Origin: Acidobacteriota bacterium
GTDB lineage: Bacteria > Acidobacteriota > Polarisedimenticolia > SMYD01
DNA length: 58,338 bases
Assembly (NCBI GenBank): GCA_004356015.1
Contig: SMYD01000194.1
Location: 1-58,338, forward strand
Reading direction: 5' to 3'
Shown: positions 8,785 through 23,040 of the stretch, in pieces
Layout of the letters: each line of letters opens with the position of its first letter
How positions within the stretch are numbered: position 1 is the first letter of the stretch
Translations under genes and position numbers: made by a program
The notes under the pieces: model-generated
Told to the model about the DNA's origin: nothing
The model's input: the letters and a program-made list of their open reading frames with translations, nothing else
Database searches by the model: none

Positions 8785-10350
8785 TCAGGAAAGGTCAAAC
8801 TTTCGCAGCATCTTGTAGAACTTTGACTCGCTCACACCCAGGAGTTCAGCCTGGCGGATGCGGGTGAGATCGGGGTGCTCCTTCAGGATCAGCTCCACCA
8901 TCTCCCGCTCGGTCTCCTTGATGGCACCTGTCAGCGATGTCTTACCGTCGATTTTGGAGGATGCCCGCCCCGACTGCCGGGCAAGATCTTCCAGCGCGCT
9001 CTGCATGATGCTGGCGGAGACTTTCTTGACATCCTCGTCCACCGCCAACCGGGCGGCCAGTTGCTGCACCTGGCGCACGTTGCCGGGCCACTGGTAATCA
9101 GCTTCCACCAGGTAACAGGACGCCTCGTTGGTGATTTCCAGCCAGCGCATGGAATGGTCGCTGCTGGCCTCGCCCCGGTCGAGAAAGTGACGCAACAGAA
9201 GGGGGATATCTTCGCGCCGCTCGCGCAGCGGTGGCAGGTGGATGGCAAGAAAATTGAGCCGATGAAAGAGATCCTCACGGAACTCGCCCTGCTGGACGAG
9301 GGCATCCAGATCCCGATTGGTGCTGGCGATGAAGCGCAGATCGGCACGGTGCTCCCGATGATCCCCCACCGGTTCGTAGGTCTTCTCCTCCAGGAGGCGC
9401 AGGAGTTTGGGCTGCAGAGAGCTGGGCAGGCTGCTGATCTCATCCAGGAAGAGGGTTCCCCCCTCCGCATCCTGGATCTTGCCGATACGGTCCCGGTCGG
9501 CCCCGGTGAAGGCACCCTTGCGATGCCCGAACAGAGTCGATTCCACAGTGCCCGGCTCGAGGCTCGGGCAGGAGAGGTGAACGAACTTACCAACCCTTTG
9601 CCGGCCGCCGTGGTGAATGACCCGGGCCAGAAGGTTCTTGCCGGTCCCGGTCTCACCGGTCAGGAGCACAGGAAAGTCGCTGCGGGCGGCATGGGAGACG
9701 CTTTTCTCCAGGCGGCGCACCGCCTCCGAGCGCCCGATGAAACGTCCGAAATTCCATTCACCACTGAGCAGGCTCCGGCTCTCCTCGACCTCACGGCGAA
9801 TCCGACCCGCTTTGGCGTGCAGGCGATTCCGCTCTTCGATGAGGGCCCGCCCTGCCTGAAGGGCGGCCAGGGCCTGCTCTGAAAAATGGCCCAGGTTTTC
9901 CAGCAGAGTCTGATGGACTGCGCTGAAATGGCCGACCTTGTTGCTTTCAAGGTAGAGAATCCCGCAGATCTTCTTCTTCACAAACTGGGGTTGGCAGAGT
10001 ATGGAGACGATGCGCAGGTTCTGGATCGACTCATTCTCCATGAAACGCATGTCCTCCATGGCGTTGGGGACGAGAATCCCCTTCCCGGACTCGAGGACAT
10101 GGGTGAAAAGGCCGCGGCTGAAGACGCCGGCGGCGCCCGCCACGTGCCGCCGGCCAAAGCGGTGCAGGACCTGGTAGGTGAACACCCCTTCCCGTCCCAC
10201 CTCGACAAAAGCACCCCTGTCGGCACCGGTCAGGGTCACCGCCTGATCGAGAATCAAGGCGAGAACCCGATCGGGCTTCACCGCCTGCTGGAGAACTTCA
10301 CTGATGGCCTTGAGAAAGAGAGCGCCGAGTTTGTCGTGATCAGTTGCCAT
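8785..10350 (-). CDS. Sigma-54-dependent transcriptional activator with an N-terminal GAF domain and a C-terminal Fis-type HTH
   Basis: Walker A GETGTGKNLLARVIHH, the GAFTGA loop (FGHRKGAFTGAD), GTLFLDEI, the R-finger region, and the C-terminal AELLGVSESKFYKMLRKF. Confidence 0.92.
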   Translation of the reverse strand: MATDHDKLGALFLKAISEVLQQAVKPDRVLALILDQAVTLTGADRGAFVEVGREGVFTYQVLHRFGRRHVAGAAGVFSRGLFTHVLESGKGILVPNAMEDMRFMENESIQNLRIVSILCQPQFVKKKICGILYLESNKVGHFSAVHQTLLENLGHFSEQALAALQAGRALIEERNRLHAKAGRIRREVEESRSLLSGEWNFGRFIGRSEAVRRLEKSVSHAARSDFPVLLTGETGTGKNLLARVIHHGGRQRVGKFVHLSCPSLEPGTVESTLFGHRKGAFTGADRDRIGKIQDAEGGTLFLDEISSLPSSLQPKLLRLLEEKTYEPVGDHREHRADLRFIASTNRDLDALVQQGEFREDLFHRLNFLAIHLPPLRERREDIPLLLRHFLDRGEASSDHSMRWLEITNEASCYLVEADYQWPGNVRQVQQLAARLAVDEDVKKVSASIMQSALEDLARQSGRASSKIDGKTSLTGAIKETEREMVELILKEHPDLTRIRQAELLGVSESKFYKMLRKFDLS

Positions 10351-10425
10351 ACTCTGCCTGCCCGGCCAACCTGCTCGACCGACGCCTTGCCGGCAGTATA
10401 CGGCATAATCGAGGGCGTGTCGGGG

Positions 10426-10950
10426 TCATACTTGCCGCTTTGCGGACGGCTGGTCGGCAATGAGCAACAGGGGATCCTGGCTCTCCACGGTCTGGCCCTC
10501 CGCCACATGAACCTCGCTGACCACGCCGTCGCGGGGCGCCGGCAGTTCGTTCTCCATTTTCATGGCTTCCACCACCACAACTCCCTGCCCGGTCTTCACG
10601 GTCTGGCCCACTTCCACCAGCACCCGGATGATGCGTCCCGGCATGGGAGCCTTGACCAGACCCAGACCCTTCCCCGATGGCGCCGGGGCGGCTGACATGG
10701 CACGCGCAGGATCCTTGAGGTCAAAAGACCATGTCCGTCCCCCCATCTCCACGGTGTAGATAGATCGATCCTGATGGACTCTCACGGTGTAAGAGCGCTG
10801 ACCCACCAGCATGGACCAGCAGCCAGGACTCACAAGCCGGGCATCCACGACCAGCGGTTCCGCCTCACCCGGGCGAATGGTGTAGGTCGATCCCTCGGCC
10901 GTCACCTCCACCTGGTGGATCCCATCGTCCTGGGTGAGGGCGAAGATCAT
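10426..10950 (-). CDS. Biotin carboxyl carrier / BT-BCCP domain protein of an acyl-CoA carboxylase
   Basis: Biotinylation motif VVVEAMKMENELPAP. Its ATG overlaps the stop of the upstream biotin carboxylase (ATGA). Confidence 0.88.
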   Translation of the reverse strand: MIFALTQDDGIHQVEVTAEGSTYTIRPGEAEPLVVDARLVSPGCWSMLVGQRSYTVRVHQDRSIYTVEMGGRTWSFDLKDPARAMSAAPAPSGKGLGLVKAPMPGRIIRVLVEVGQTVKTGQGVVVVEAMKMENELPAPRDGVVSEVHVAEGQTVESQDPLLLIADQPSAKRQV

Positions 10951-12482
10951 GTCTCGCCCCCACCTGGGAGCCTGCGGGTCAGACCTTCCCGCAGACCGGC
11001 CCGCTTCCAGCGGTTCATGGGTCCATGCCGGGGTCTGTCCCCGGCCAGGCGCAGACGGCGGTCATGGGCGCCAATGAGGGCGGCCGCCAGCGCGACCCGC
11101 TGCTCGTCGGGACTTTCTTCTCCGCCAAGAGCCAGAGTATGGGTTTCCAGGAAACCGGTGTTGAATTCGCCGGCCCGGAAGTCGGGATGATCCATCAGGG
11201 CGAGGTGAAATGGAATGGTGGTCCGCACCCCGTCGATACGGTATTCACCCAGAGCCCGGCGCATGCGGTCCAGTGCTGTGCCCCGATCGCGGCCCCAGGT
11301 GATCAGCTTGGCGATCAAGGGATCGTAATCCATGGGCACGGTCCAGCCGGCGTAAACGCCCGAGTCTTCTCGAACTCCCGGTCCCCCGGGGGGAATATAA
11401 GACTCCAGGCGCCCCGGGCTGGGCAGGAACTGGTTGGCTGGATCCTCCGCGAAGATGCGGCACTCGATGGCGGAACCGGTCAGGCGCACATCTTTCTGGC
11501 TGAAGCCCGGATCCTGGCCGGCCGCCACCAGGAGTTGAGCGTGCACCAAGTCAAGTCCGGTGACCATTTCGGTGACCGGATGCTCCACCTGCAGACGTGT
11601 ATTCATCTCCATGAAGAAGACATCACCGGCAGCATCCATGATGAATTCCACCGTGCCGGCATTGCGGTAGCCGACTGCTTCAGCAGCACGCACCGCCATG
11701 GCGCCCAGATGCTCCCGCAGTTCCTCGTTGACGGCGGGAGAAGGGGACTCCTCCACCAGTTTCTGATGGCGGCGCTGGATGGAACACTCCCGCTCGCCCA
11801 GATATATGGCCCGGCCGTCTGGGCCAGCCATGATCTGCACCTCGATATGGCGGGAATCCGTGACAAAACGTTCCACGAAGACCGATGGATCACCGAACGC
11901 TGAACCGGCCTCGGACTGGACAGCACTCAGGGCGGAGGCGATCTCACCCTCGGCCCGGACCACCCGCATCCCCTTGCCGCCTCCGCCTGCGACCGCCTTG
12001 AGGAGAACGGGGTAGCCCACCTGGTTGGCCACCCGCCTGATCTCATCTTCACCCTGGACGATGCCGTCGGATCCTGGCGTGACCTGGACGCCCGCCGCAC
12101 GCATGATCCGGCGGGCCTCGACCTTGTTGCCCATGCCCCTGATGGCCGCGGCCGGCGGGCCGATAAAAACCAGGCCGGCCTCGGCAACTTGCTCGGCGAA
12201 GCGGGCATTTTCAGAGAGGAAACCGTACCCGGGATGAATCGCCTGGGCACCGGCCTGAGCCGCTGCCTGGATGATCTTGTCCCCGTTCAGGTAGGAAGCC
12301 CGGGGCGCCGCCGCTCCCAGATGATACGCCTCGTCAGCCTCCATGACGTGGCGGGACGTCCTGTCCACGTCGGAGTAGACAGCCACCGTGCTGATACCCA
12401 TCTCCCGGCAGGCACGCATGACGCGCACGGCAATCTCTCCGCGGTTGGCGATAAGAACTTTGCGGAAGGGCGGGTTCGACAT
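10947..12482 (-). CDS. Biotin carboxylase subunit (acetyl/propionyl-CoA carboxylase alpha, BC domain)
   Basis: KVLIANRGEIAVRVMRACREMGI, the ATP-grasp segment GYPVLLKAVAGGGGKGMRVV, and EMNTRLQVEHPVTE. Confidence 0.93.
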   Translation of the reverse strand: MSNPPFRKVLIANRGEIAVRVMRACREMGISTVAVYSDVDRTSRHVMEADEAYHLGAAAPRASYLNGDKIIQAAAQAGAQAIHPGYGFLSENARFAEQVAEAGLVFIGPPAAAIRGMGNKVEARRIMRAAGVQVTPGSDGIVQGEDEIRRVANQVGYPVLLKAVAGGGGKGMRVVRAEGEIASALSAVQSEAGSAFGDPSVFVERFVTDSRHIEVQIMAGPDGRAIYLGERECSIQRRHQKLVEESPSPAVNEELREHLGAMAVRAAEAVGYRNAGTVEFIMDAAGDVFFMEMNTRLQVEHPVTEMVTGLDLVHAQLLVAAGQDPGFSQKDVRLTGSAIECRIFAEDPANQFLPSPGRLESYIPPGGPGVREDSGVYAGWTVPMDYDPLIAKLITWGRDRGTALDRMRRALGEYRIDGVRTTIPFHLALMDHPDFRAGEFNTGFLETHTLALGGEESPDEQRVALAAALIGAHDRRLRLAGDRPRHGPMNRWKRAGLREGLTRRLPGGGET

Positions 12483-12486
12483 GAAC

Positions 12487-14031
12487 TCAGAGGGGAATAT
12501 TGCCGTGCTTTTTGGGCGGGTTGGAGACGCGCTTGTTGCGCAGAAGGTCCAGGCCGACGATGAGACGCTGGCGGGTTCTGTGGGGCTCTATCACCTCATC
12601 CACAAAACCCCGTTCAGCGGCGTCGTAGGGATTGGCAAAGCGGCGCCGGTATTCATCCGCCCGTCGCTCCCGGGCTTCCTGGGGATTTTCCGATGCTGCG
12701 AACTCACGCCGGTACAGGATACTCACGGCGCCTTCGGGTCCCATCACCGCGATCTCGGCGGTGGGATAGGCCAGGTTGAGATCGGCGCGGATATGCTTGG
12801 AGGCCATGACACAGTATGCGCCCCCGTATGCCTTCCGAGTGATGACCGTGATCTTGGGAACTGTGGCCTCGGCGAAGGCGTAGAGCAATTTGGCGCCATG
12901 ACTGATGATGGCCCGCCACTCCTGATCGGTGCCCGGCAGGAACCCGGGCACGTCCTCGAAGGTGATGAGAGGGATATTGAAGGCATCGCAGAAGCGGACA
13001 AAACGCGCTCCCTTGCGTGCCGAGTCGATATCCAGAACACCGGCCAGATGAGCCGGCTGATTGGCCACAACGCCCACGGCTCGCCCACCCAGCCGCGCGA
13101 ATCCGACGATGATGTTGCGGGCGAACTCCTCGTGGACCTCCAGGAACTCACCATGGTCCATGACCATGCCAAGGAGCTTCTTCATATCGTAGGGCTGGTT
13201 GGAATTCTCGGGGATGAGGCTGTCCAGCCTCTTATCCTGGCGGTCCACCGGATCATCGGTGTCTTCGTGGGGCGGCTCTTCAAGGTTGTTGGAAGGCAGG
13301 TAGGAGAAGAGACGGCGCAGCAAGGCCAGGCACGAGCGATCATCATCGGTGGCGAAATGAGCCACACCGGAGACGGCGGCGTGGGTCGTTGCACCTCCCA
13401 GTTGCTCTTTGGTGACTTCTTCGTGGGTGACGTTGCGAATGACCTCCGGCCCGGTGATGAACATGTACGAGGTGTCGCGCACCATGGCCACGAAATCGGT
13501 GATGGCAGGTGAGTAGACCGCACCACCGGCACAGGGTCCCATGATGGCGGTGAGCTGGGGCACCACGCCGGAGGCCAGGGTATTGCGCAGGAAGATCTCG
13601 GCATAACCGCCCAGGGAGACGACCCCCTCCTGGATACGGGCCCCGCCTGAATCGTTGAGGCCGATGATGGGCACGCCGTTGCGCACGGCAGTGTCCATAA
13701 CCTTGCAGATCTTCTGGGCGTAGGTTTCCGACAGGGAGCCACCGAAAACGGTGAAGTCCTGCGAATAGAGCATCACTTCCCGGCCGTCGATACGTCCGTG
13801 CCCGGTGATCACGCCGTCACCGGGAATTTTCTTGCGCTCCATGCCGAAATTGTTGCAACGATGGACCACGAAGCGGTCGAACTCCTGGAAAGTACCGGGA
13901 TCCAGGAGTTCGTGGACTCGCTCCCGGGCCGTCAGCTTGCCGGCGTCGTGCTGTTTCTGAACGCGCTCAGGACCGGCGCCGGCCAGGGCTTCCCGATCCC
14001 GGCGGCGAAATTCATCATAGCGCTCGTTCAT
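12487..14031 (-). CDS. Acyl-CoA carboxylase carboxyltransferase (beta) subunit
   Basis: Propionyl-CoA carboxylase beta / methylmalonyl-CoA carboxyltransferase 12S-type sequence: [36 protein letters not shown]. Confidence 0.92.
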   Translation of the reverse strand: MNERYDEFRRRDREALAGAGPERVQKQHDAGKLTARERVHELLDPGTFQEFDRFVVHRCNNFGMERKKIPGDGVITGHGRIDGREVMLYSQDFTVFGGSLSETYAQKICKVMDTAVRNGVPIIGLNDSGGARIQEGVVSLGGYAEIFLRNTLASGVVPQLTAIMGPCAGGAVYSPAITDFVAMVRDTSYMFITGPEVIRNVTHEEVTKEQLGGATTHAAVSGVAHFATDDDRSCLALLRRLFSYLPSNNLEEPPHEDTDDPVDRQDKRLDSLIPENSNQPYDMKKLLGMVMDHGEFLEVHEEFARNIIVGFARLGGRAVGVVANQPAHLAGVLDIDSARKGARFVRFCDAFNIPLITFEDVPGFLPGTDQEWRAIISHGAKLLYAFAEATVPKITVITRKAYGGAYCVMASKHIRADLNLAYPTAEIAVMGPEGAVSILYRREFAASENPQEARERRADEYRRRFANPYDAAERGFVDEVIEPHRTRQRLIVGLDLLRNKRVSNPPKKHGNIPL

Positions 14032-16484
14032 GGCCCGGGCGTTTCGCCAGTCGTGGGTTCCGGCAGTCTGGCGATGGCCACGACCCGATCATCCGCCCCG
14101 ACGCCAATCACCCGCACACCCTGGGTGGAACGGCCGATCATGGACACACCGGCCGCCGGCATGCGGATGATCTTACCCCGGTAGGTGATGAGCATGACCT
14201 CCGAGTTCTCGCTGACCCGTTTCAACCCTGCCACCGGCCCATTCCGCTGGCTCACCTTGAGATTGATGAGGCCCTTGCCGCCACGCCCCTGCCGGCGATA
14301 CTCGCTGACGCGAGTGCGCTTGCCATAACCCTTTTCACTGACCGTAAGTATGGCATCGTCATTGCTGGAAAGGATTTCCATGGCCACCACCTGGTCGCCC
14401 TTCACCAGGCTGATACCCCGTACGCCTCGGGCCGTGCGACCCATGGCGCGGACATCCGCGGCGGCGAAGCGGATGGCCAGTCCGTTGCGCGTAGCCATGA
14501 ACACATCCTCGCCTTCCTCCGCCAGCCGCACCGAGAGGAGCGCGTCATCGGAATCGATACCCAGGGCGATGATACCGGCCGGCCGCGGTCGTGCAAAAGC
14601 CGATAGAGGTGTGCGTTTGACAATGCCGTTGCGCGTTGCCATCACGACATATTGTTCGCTCTCAAAATCGCGCACCACGAGCTGGGCCGCCACCGAATCA
14701 CCCTCCTGCATGGCCAGCAGGTTGACGATGGCCTTCCCACGCGCCGCCGGACCCAGGTCGGGAACCCGGTACACCTTCAGCCAGTGCACGCGCCCATGAT
14801 GGGTGAAGCAGAGCATGAAGGCATGAGTGGACGCCACGAACATTTCCTCGACGAAATCTTCTTCATTGAGGACCATGCCGATGCGCCCCTTGCCTCCCCG
14901 GTTCTGGGCCGCATAAATGGACAGGGCGCTGCGCTTGATATATCCCAGATGTGAGATGGTCACCACCATCTCCTCGTCGGCGATGAGATCTTCTGAGACG
15001 AATTCTTCCGCCTCCTGGGGAACGATCTCGGTACGCCTGGCATCGGCGAAATTCTTGCGAATCTCGGTCAGTTCGTCCACGATGATCTGATCCACCAGGA
15101 GATCGGACGCGAGAATCTCCTCGAGCCGGCTGATGACAGCCAGGATCTCCTTGTACTCACGGATGATCTTGTCGCGCTCCAGGCCAGTGAGACGCTGCAG
15201 GCGCATCTCCAGAATCGACTGGGCCTGAATATCGCTGAGCTTGAAGCGCAGCCGCAAGGCCTCCTTGGCCTCAGGGGGCGATTTGGACGCCCGGATGAGA
15301 CTGACCACGTCATCCAGGTTGTCCAGGGCAATCTTGAGGCCTTCCAGGATATGGGCGCGCTCCTTGGCCTTGCGTAGATCATAATGGGTGCGCCGCACCA
15401 CCACTTCCCGTCGATGCTCCAGAAAATGGCCCATCATCTGCTTCAGGTTGAGAATCTCCGGGCGACCGTTGACGATGGCCAGCATGATGATGCCGAAACT
15501 CAACTGCAGGCGGGTGTGCTTGTAGAGCTTGTTGAGCACCACAAGGGGTTCTTCGCCCTTCTTGAGCTCGATGACCACTCGCATACCGTCGCGATCCGAC
15601 TCATCGCGGATATCGGAGATCCCTTCCACCTTCTTGTTGCGCACCAGGTCGGCGATCTTGATGATCAATTCGGCCTTGTTGACCTGGTAGGGAAGCTCAT
15701 GAATCAAGAGGCGCTGGCGATCCTTGCCGTGATCCTCCACTTCCACGCGGGCACGCATGAGTACTGAGCCCCGACCGGTGAGATAAGCCTGGTGCGCGCC
15801 AGCCGTGCCCTGGATGGTGGCGGCAGTGGGAAAGTCGGGGCCGGGGACGTGTTTGATGAGATCAGCGATAGAGATCTCGGGGTCCTGGATCAGTGCCACC
15901 AGCCCGTCCACCACCTCACCCAGGTTATGCGGCGGAATATTGGTCGACATCCCCACAGCGATGCCCGATGAGCCGTTCACCAGCAGGTTGGGGAAGCGGC
16001 AGGGAAGAATCAGTGGCTCGGTAAGCGTGTCGTCGTAATTGGGTCCCACATCGACGGTTTCTTTCTCGATATCGGCCATCATCTCGTGGGACAGGCGGTG
16101 CATGCGGATTTCGGTGTAGCGCATGGCTGCTGCTGCATCCCCGTCCACGGAACCGAAGTTGCCCTGACCATTCACCAGGGGGTAGCGCAGCGAGAAATCC
16201 TGAACCATGCGGACAATGGTGTCGTAGACCGCTGAATCGCCATGGGGATGGTACTTGCCGATAACATCACCCACCACGCGCGCTGATTTCTTGTACGGCT
16301 TGTTGTAGTCGTTCTTCAGGTCGTGCATGGCGTAGAGAATACGCCGGTGCACCGGCTTGAGACCGTCCCGGACATCGGGGAGGGCGCGGCCCACGATGAC
16401 GCTCATGGCATACTCGAGATACGACTTGCGCATCTCGTCTTCGATATTCACCGGACTGGCGAGAGTCTTTTCTTCCGAGCTCAT
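14028..16484 (-). CDS. gyrA: DNA gyrase subunit A
   Basis: [45 protein letters not shown] prefer ATG 16484 (MSSEEK, GGGAGG RBS) over the track start at 16514. The stop overlaps the carboxyltransferase start. Confidence 0.96.
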   Translation of the reverse strand: MSSEEKTLASPVNIEDEMRKSYLEYAMSVIVGRALPDVRDGLKPVHRRILYAMHDLKNDYNKPYKKSARVVGDVIGKYHPHGDSAVYDTIVRMVQDFSLRYPLVNGQGNFGSVDGDAAAAMRYTEIRMHRLSHEMMADIEKETVDVGPNYDDTLTEPLILPCRFPNLLVNGSSGIAVGMSTNIPPHNLGEVVDGLVALIQDPEISIADLIKHVPGPDFPTAATIQGTAGAHQAYLTGRGSVLMRARVEVEDHGKDRQRLLIHELPYQVNKAELIIKIADLVRNKKVEGISDIRDESDRDGMRVVIELKKGEEPLVVLNKLYKHTRLQLSFGIIMLAIVNGRPEILNLKQMMGHFLEHRREVVVRRTHYDLRKAKERAHILEGLKIALDNLDDVVSLIRASKSPPEAKEALRLRFKLSDIQAQSILEMRLQRLTGLERDKIIREYKEILAVISRLEEILASDLLVDQIIVDELTEIRKNFADARRTEIVPQEAEEFVSEDLIADEEMVVTISHLGYIKRSALSIYAAQNRGGKGRIGMVLNEEDFVEEMFVASTHAFMLCFTHHGRVHWLKVYRVPDLGPAARGKAIVNLLAMQEGDSVAAQLVVRDFESEQYVVMATRNGIVKRTPLSAFARPRPAGIIALGIDSDDALLSVRLAEEGEDVFMATRNGLAIRFAAADVRAMGRTARGVRGISLVKGDQVVAMEILSSNDDAILTVSEKGYGKRTRVSEYRRQGRGGKGLINLKVSQRNGPVAGLKRVSENSEVMLITYRGKIIRMPAAGVSMIGRSTQGVRVIGVGADDRVVAIARLPEPTTGETPGP

Positions 16485-16541
16485 GCATCCTCCCGGCAAC
16501 CGGTGCATGCGCACCAGGCACCGGCCACTGGTGATGAACGA

Positions 16542-20206
<3,665 letters not shown>

Positions 20207-21312
20207 ACCTGTACTCGGAGTCCAGTTCTTCCTCGGGCAGGAACAGACCCTGCGTATTGGAATCTTTCAGAATCATACGCACCCGGGAACAGCTCAAGGA
20301 TTCAGTGAAATCGATCACATAACGGGCGTTGAACCCGATGGCAACGCCATTTCCCTTGTAGTCCACCGTCAGGACTTCACTGGCCTCACCTAGATCGGGC
20401 GAATTGGAAGTGATCTCCAGGCGATCCCTGGTTAGATCGAACCGCACAGCGCGGGAGCGCTCACTGGATAACAGGGAGACACGCTTGAGGGCCGCCGCCA
20501 GGAGCTCGCGATCCAGGCCTATCTGGTGGTCGTCAAAATCGGGCAGCACCTTCTCATAGGCCGGAAACGACTTCTCAAGGGACCGGGATGTGAGGACCGC
20601 GCGATCAACCCGAAAGAGGATGTGATTGTCCACCTCACCGCAGGAAATCTGATCTTCATCATCCAGGTCGGCTAGCAGCTTGAGCAGTTCGGCCAGGGTC
20701 TTGCGATGGACGACCTGACGGATTCCCTTCTTCAACGGCTTGATTTCCAGCTCGCAGCTGGCATAGGCCAGGCGATGGCCGTCGGTGGCCACCAGAGTCA
20801 GGGTCTTCCCTTCCACCGAGAAAAGGGCACCATTGAGTGAATAGACAGGGTCATCCACGGTCACGGCAAAGATGACCCGGGCGATCATCTCCCGCAATCG
20901 AGCGGCAGGCAACTGCACAGGATCTTTCAGGGCTGTCTCCGGGAGGCTGGGGAAATCAGACGCCGGCAGTCCTCGCAGCGTGAATTTGGTCTGCTCGCAG
21001 ACAATTCCCAGATCGTGGTCACCGGAGCGCCGGAACTGAATCTCCCCGCCGGGCAAGCTGCGCACCACATCGAAGATCTTACGGGCGGGAACGGTGACCT
21101 CGCCGGGCTGGCTGATGCTTGCTTCACAACGGGTACGGAAGCCGACCTCAAGATCGGTGGCTACCAGTTGCAGGCCTTCCTTGTCGGCAACCAGAAGCAG
21201 GTGGGAAAGAATCGGCATGGTGGTCTTGCGTTCCACAATGCCCTGCACCAGGGCCAGTTGACCCAGTAAGTCATCTTTCTTGGCAATGAATTCCACGTGA
21301 ACCTCCGTGGGA

Positions 21313-21357
21313 CTTGTTTTTGAACAAGAAGAACTCTTTTTAAAAGAATAGATATCT
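21313..21357. other. AT-rich tract, candidate DNA-unwinding element (oriC, dnaA-dnaN spacer)
   Basis: cttgtttttgaacaagaagaactctttttaaaagaatagatatct is strongly AT-rich in a GC-rich genome. It contains the small palindromes CTTGTT/AACAAG and TCTTTT/AAAAGA, and it directly flanks the TAG repeats. Confidence 0.6.
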
Positions 21358-21372
21358 TAGTAGTAGTAGTAG
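21358..21372 (+). repeat. (TAG)x5 trinucleotide array, DnaA-trio-like
   Basis: Five perfect TAG repeats on the plus strand, read 3'-GAT-5'. They sit between the AT-rich tract and two DnaA-box-like 9-mers, separated from the boxes by GACC. Confidence 0.6.
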
Positions 21373-21376
21373 GACC

Positions 21377-21394
21377 TGTGGAGAATGTGGGGCC
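21377..21394. promoter_or_regulatory. Two abutting DnaA-box-like 9-mers
   Basis: TGTGGAGAA TGTGGGGCC, with reverse complements TTCTCCACA and GGCCCCACA. Compare the consensus TTATCCACA. A further CCCTCCACA lies at 21520-21528. Confidence 0.55.
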
Positions 21395-21555
21395 ATGGAT
21401 TAAACTGTTCCCTGGACAGGATATAAGCTTGGCCAGAGGCGGCGCAAAAGCCTGTGCATGGCCGGGTTGGAAACATGTGAAAGTCCTTGTCCTGGCCGCA
21501 TGGCGATTCTTTCACATCCCCCTCCACAGTGGAAACTGTGCAGGCAACCGGTATC

Positions 21556-22932
21556 TCATTGAAACGACTCCAGAAGCGCATTGAGACGCCTGTCAAGATC
21601 TTTGTCTTCCTGACGGAGGCGGGCGACTTTACGCACGGCATGGAGAACGGTGGTGTGATGCTTGCCGCCGAATCGCCGTCCGATCTCCGGCAGAGAGAGC
21701 TGGGTGATTTGTTTGCAGATATACATCGCGGCATGTCGGGCCATGGCCACCTCTCTTGAATTATCACGGTCTCGTAGCTGCGCCACACGTACACCGAACG
21801 CCTGGGCCACGGCCCGCTGGATGGCTTCCACGGTGGTGGTGCGGACACCATCACCCACCAGGTCCTGCAGGACATCGCGAGCCATCTCGAGATCAATCGC
21901 TCGCTTCATGAAGGCCGCATAGGCCACCAGACGCACCAGGCAGCCCTCCAGTTCACGCACGTTGGACTTGACCTGGGCAGCGACGAAGAGGGCGACATCG
22001 TCAGGGAGGGCGACGCCTTCGCCCTCAGCCTTCTTGTTGAGGATGGCGACCTTGGTTTCCAGATCAGGCGGCTGGATATCGGCAATCAACCCCCACTCAA
22101 AACGTGAGCGCAGGCGCTCTTCCAGGGCCGGGATATCCCGAGGTGGGCAGTCCGAGGTCAGAACGATCTGTTTCTGTAATTCATACAACTGGTTGAATGT
22201 ATGAAAAAATTCTTCCTGGGTTCGTTCCTTCTTCTGGAGGAACTGGATGTCATCCACCAGCAGAACGTCCACACTTCGGTACTTGTCCTTGAACTCGAAG
22301 GTGCGATCCCGCCGGATGGCGGTGATCAGTTCATTCATGAAGTTCTCGGTGGTCACATAACACAGACGCAGATCAGGGTTGGATGTGGTGAGAATATTGC
22401 CGATGGCGTGGAGGAGATGGGTCTTGCCCAGGCCGACGCCGCCGTAAATATAGAGTGGGTTGTAGGAGTGACTGGGATGCTCCGCCACGGCCTGGGCCGC
22501 TGCGTGGGCAAATTGATTGCAGGAAGAGACAACGAACGAGTCGAAACTGTAGCGGGGGTTGAGGATAATCGACGGTGTGCTGCCCCGGTGGATCTCCACT
22601 GTCGCTGGCCCGCCCGTGGTGATCTGTTGCTGGCCGGCCGACGCTGAATTTCCCTGGCTGTTGCCGTTGGCTGCTGTTCCCTTGCCGGGTGCAGCGTGGA
22701 TCCGGGACACGAACTTCACCGACCTGACCCGAGGCTGCATCTGTTCGATGACCTCATGCAGAAGGTCGCCGTAGGTGTTGTTGATCCACTCCTGGAAGAG
22801 ACGGTTGGGAACCTCGACGGTGAGACGCCCCTCATCCTCACGCAGCAGACGCGTAGGAGCGAACCAGGTCTGATAGGGGCGCTCGTGGAGGGTCTTCTTC
22901 ACTCGCTCCAGGACACGGTTCCAGATATCCAT
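21556..22932 (-). CDS. dnaA: Chromosomal replication initiator protein DnaA
   Basis: AAA+ Walker A GGVGLGKTHLLHAIG, LLVDDIQFL, and the domain IV motif ARHAAMYICKQITQLSLPEIGRRFGGKHHTTVLHA. I prefer ATG 22932 (MDIWNRVLERV) over the track start at 22965. Confidence 0.96.
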   Translation of the reverse strand: MDIWNRVLERVKKTLHERPYQTWFAPTRLLREDEGRLTVEVPNRLFQEWINNTYGDLLHEVIEQMQPRVRSVKFVSRIHAAPGKGTAANGNSQGNSASAGQQQITTGGPATVEIHRGSTPSIILNPRYSFDSFVVSSCNQFAHAAAQAVAEHPSHSYNPLYIYGGVGLGKTHLLHAIGNILTTSNPDLRLCYVTTENFMNELITAIRRDRTFEFKDKYRSVDVLLVDDIQFLQKKERTQEEFFHTFNQLYELQKQIVLTSDCPPRDIPALEERLRSRFEWGLIADIQPPDLETKVAILNKKAEGEGVALPDDVALFVAAQVKSNVRELEGCLVRLVAYAAFMKRAIDLEMARDVLQDLVGDGVRTTTVEAIQRAVAQAFGVRVAQLRDRDNSREVAMARHAAMYICKQITQLSLPEIGRRFGGKHHTTVLHAVRKVARLRQEDKDLDRRLNALLESFQ

Positions 22933-22944
22933 GTCGGCCGCCCT

Positions 22945-22975
22945 TTTTCCACAGGTTTTCAACACCTGTGGAAAA
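22945..22975. promoter_or_regulatory. Inverted pair of DnaA boxes (12-bp arms) just upstream of dnaA
   Basis: TTTTCCACAGGT tttcaac ACCTGTGGAAAA is a perfect 12-bp inverted repeat, and each arm carries TTTTCCACA. It lies 13 nt upstream of the preferred dnaA ATG. Confidence 0.65.
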
Positions 22976-23040
22976 TGTAGAAATAAATAAGTTGTTCTAA
23001 ATCAATAACTTAAGTTGAAATAATAAGTTGCTACGTTATT
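22976..23040. other. Second AT-rich tract with repeated AATAAGTTG units (candidate DUE / origin half)
   Basis: AATAAGTTG occurs at 22986-22994 and 23022-23030, and TAAGTTG at 23011-23017. This roughly 65-bp tract is very AT-rich relative to its flanks. Confidence 0.5.

Noticed and set aside
10947-10950. The split between biotin carboxylase and BT-BCCP as a frameshifted pseudogene
   Set aside because: The junction is a clean ATGA start-stop overlap at a domain boundary, and both parts are intact. The two-gene architecture is plausible as a native arrangement, although read-level verification would be needed to exclude a sequencing frameshift.
21358-21372. (TAG)x5 as a mere microsatellite or stop-codon barrier
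   Set aside because: Its exact placement between an AT-rich tract and tandem DnaA-box-like 9-mers, inside the dnaA-dnaN spacer, fits the DnaA-trio arrangement better. A slippage-prone microsatellite is still not formally excluded.
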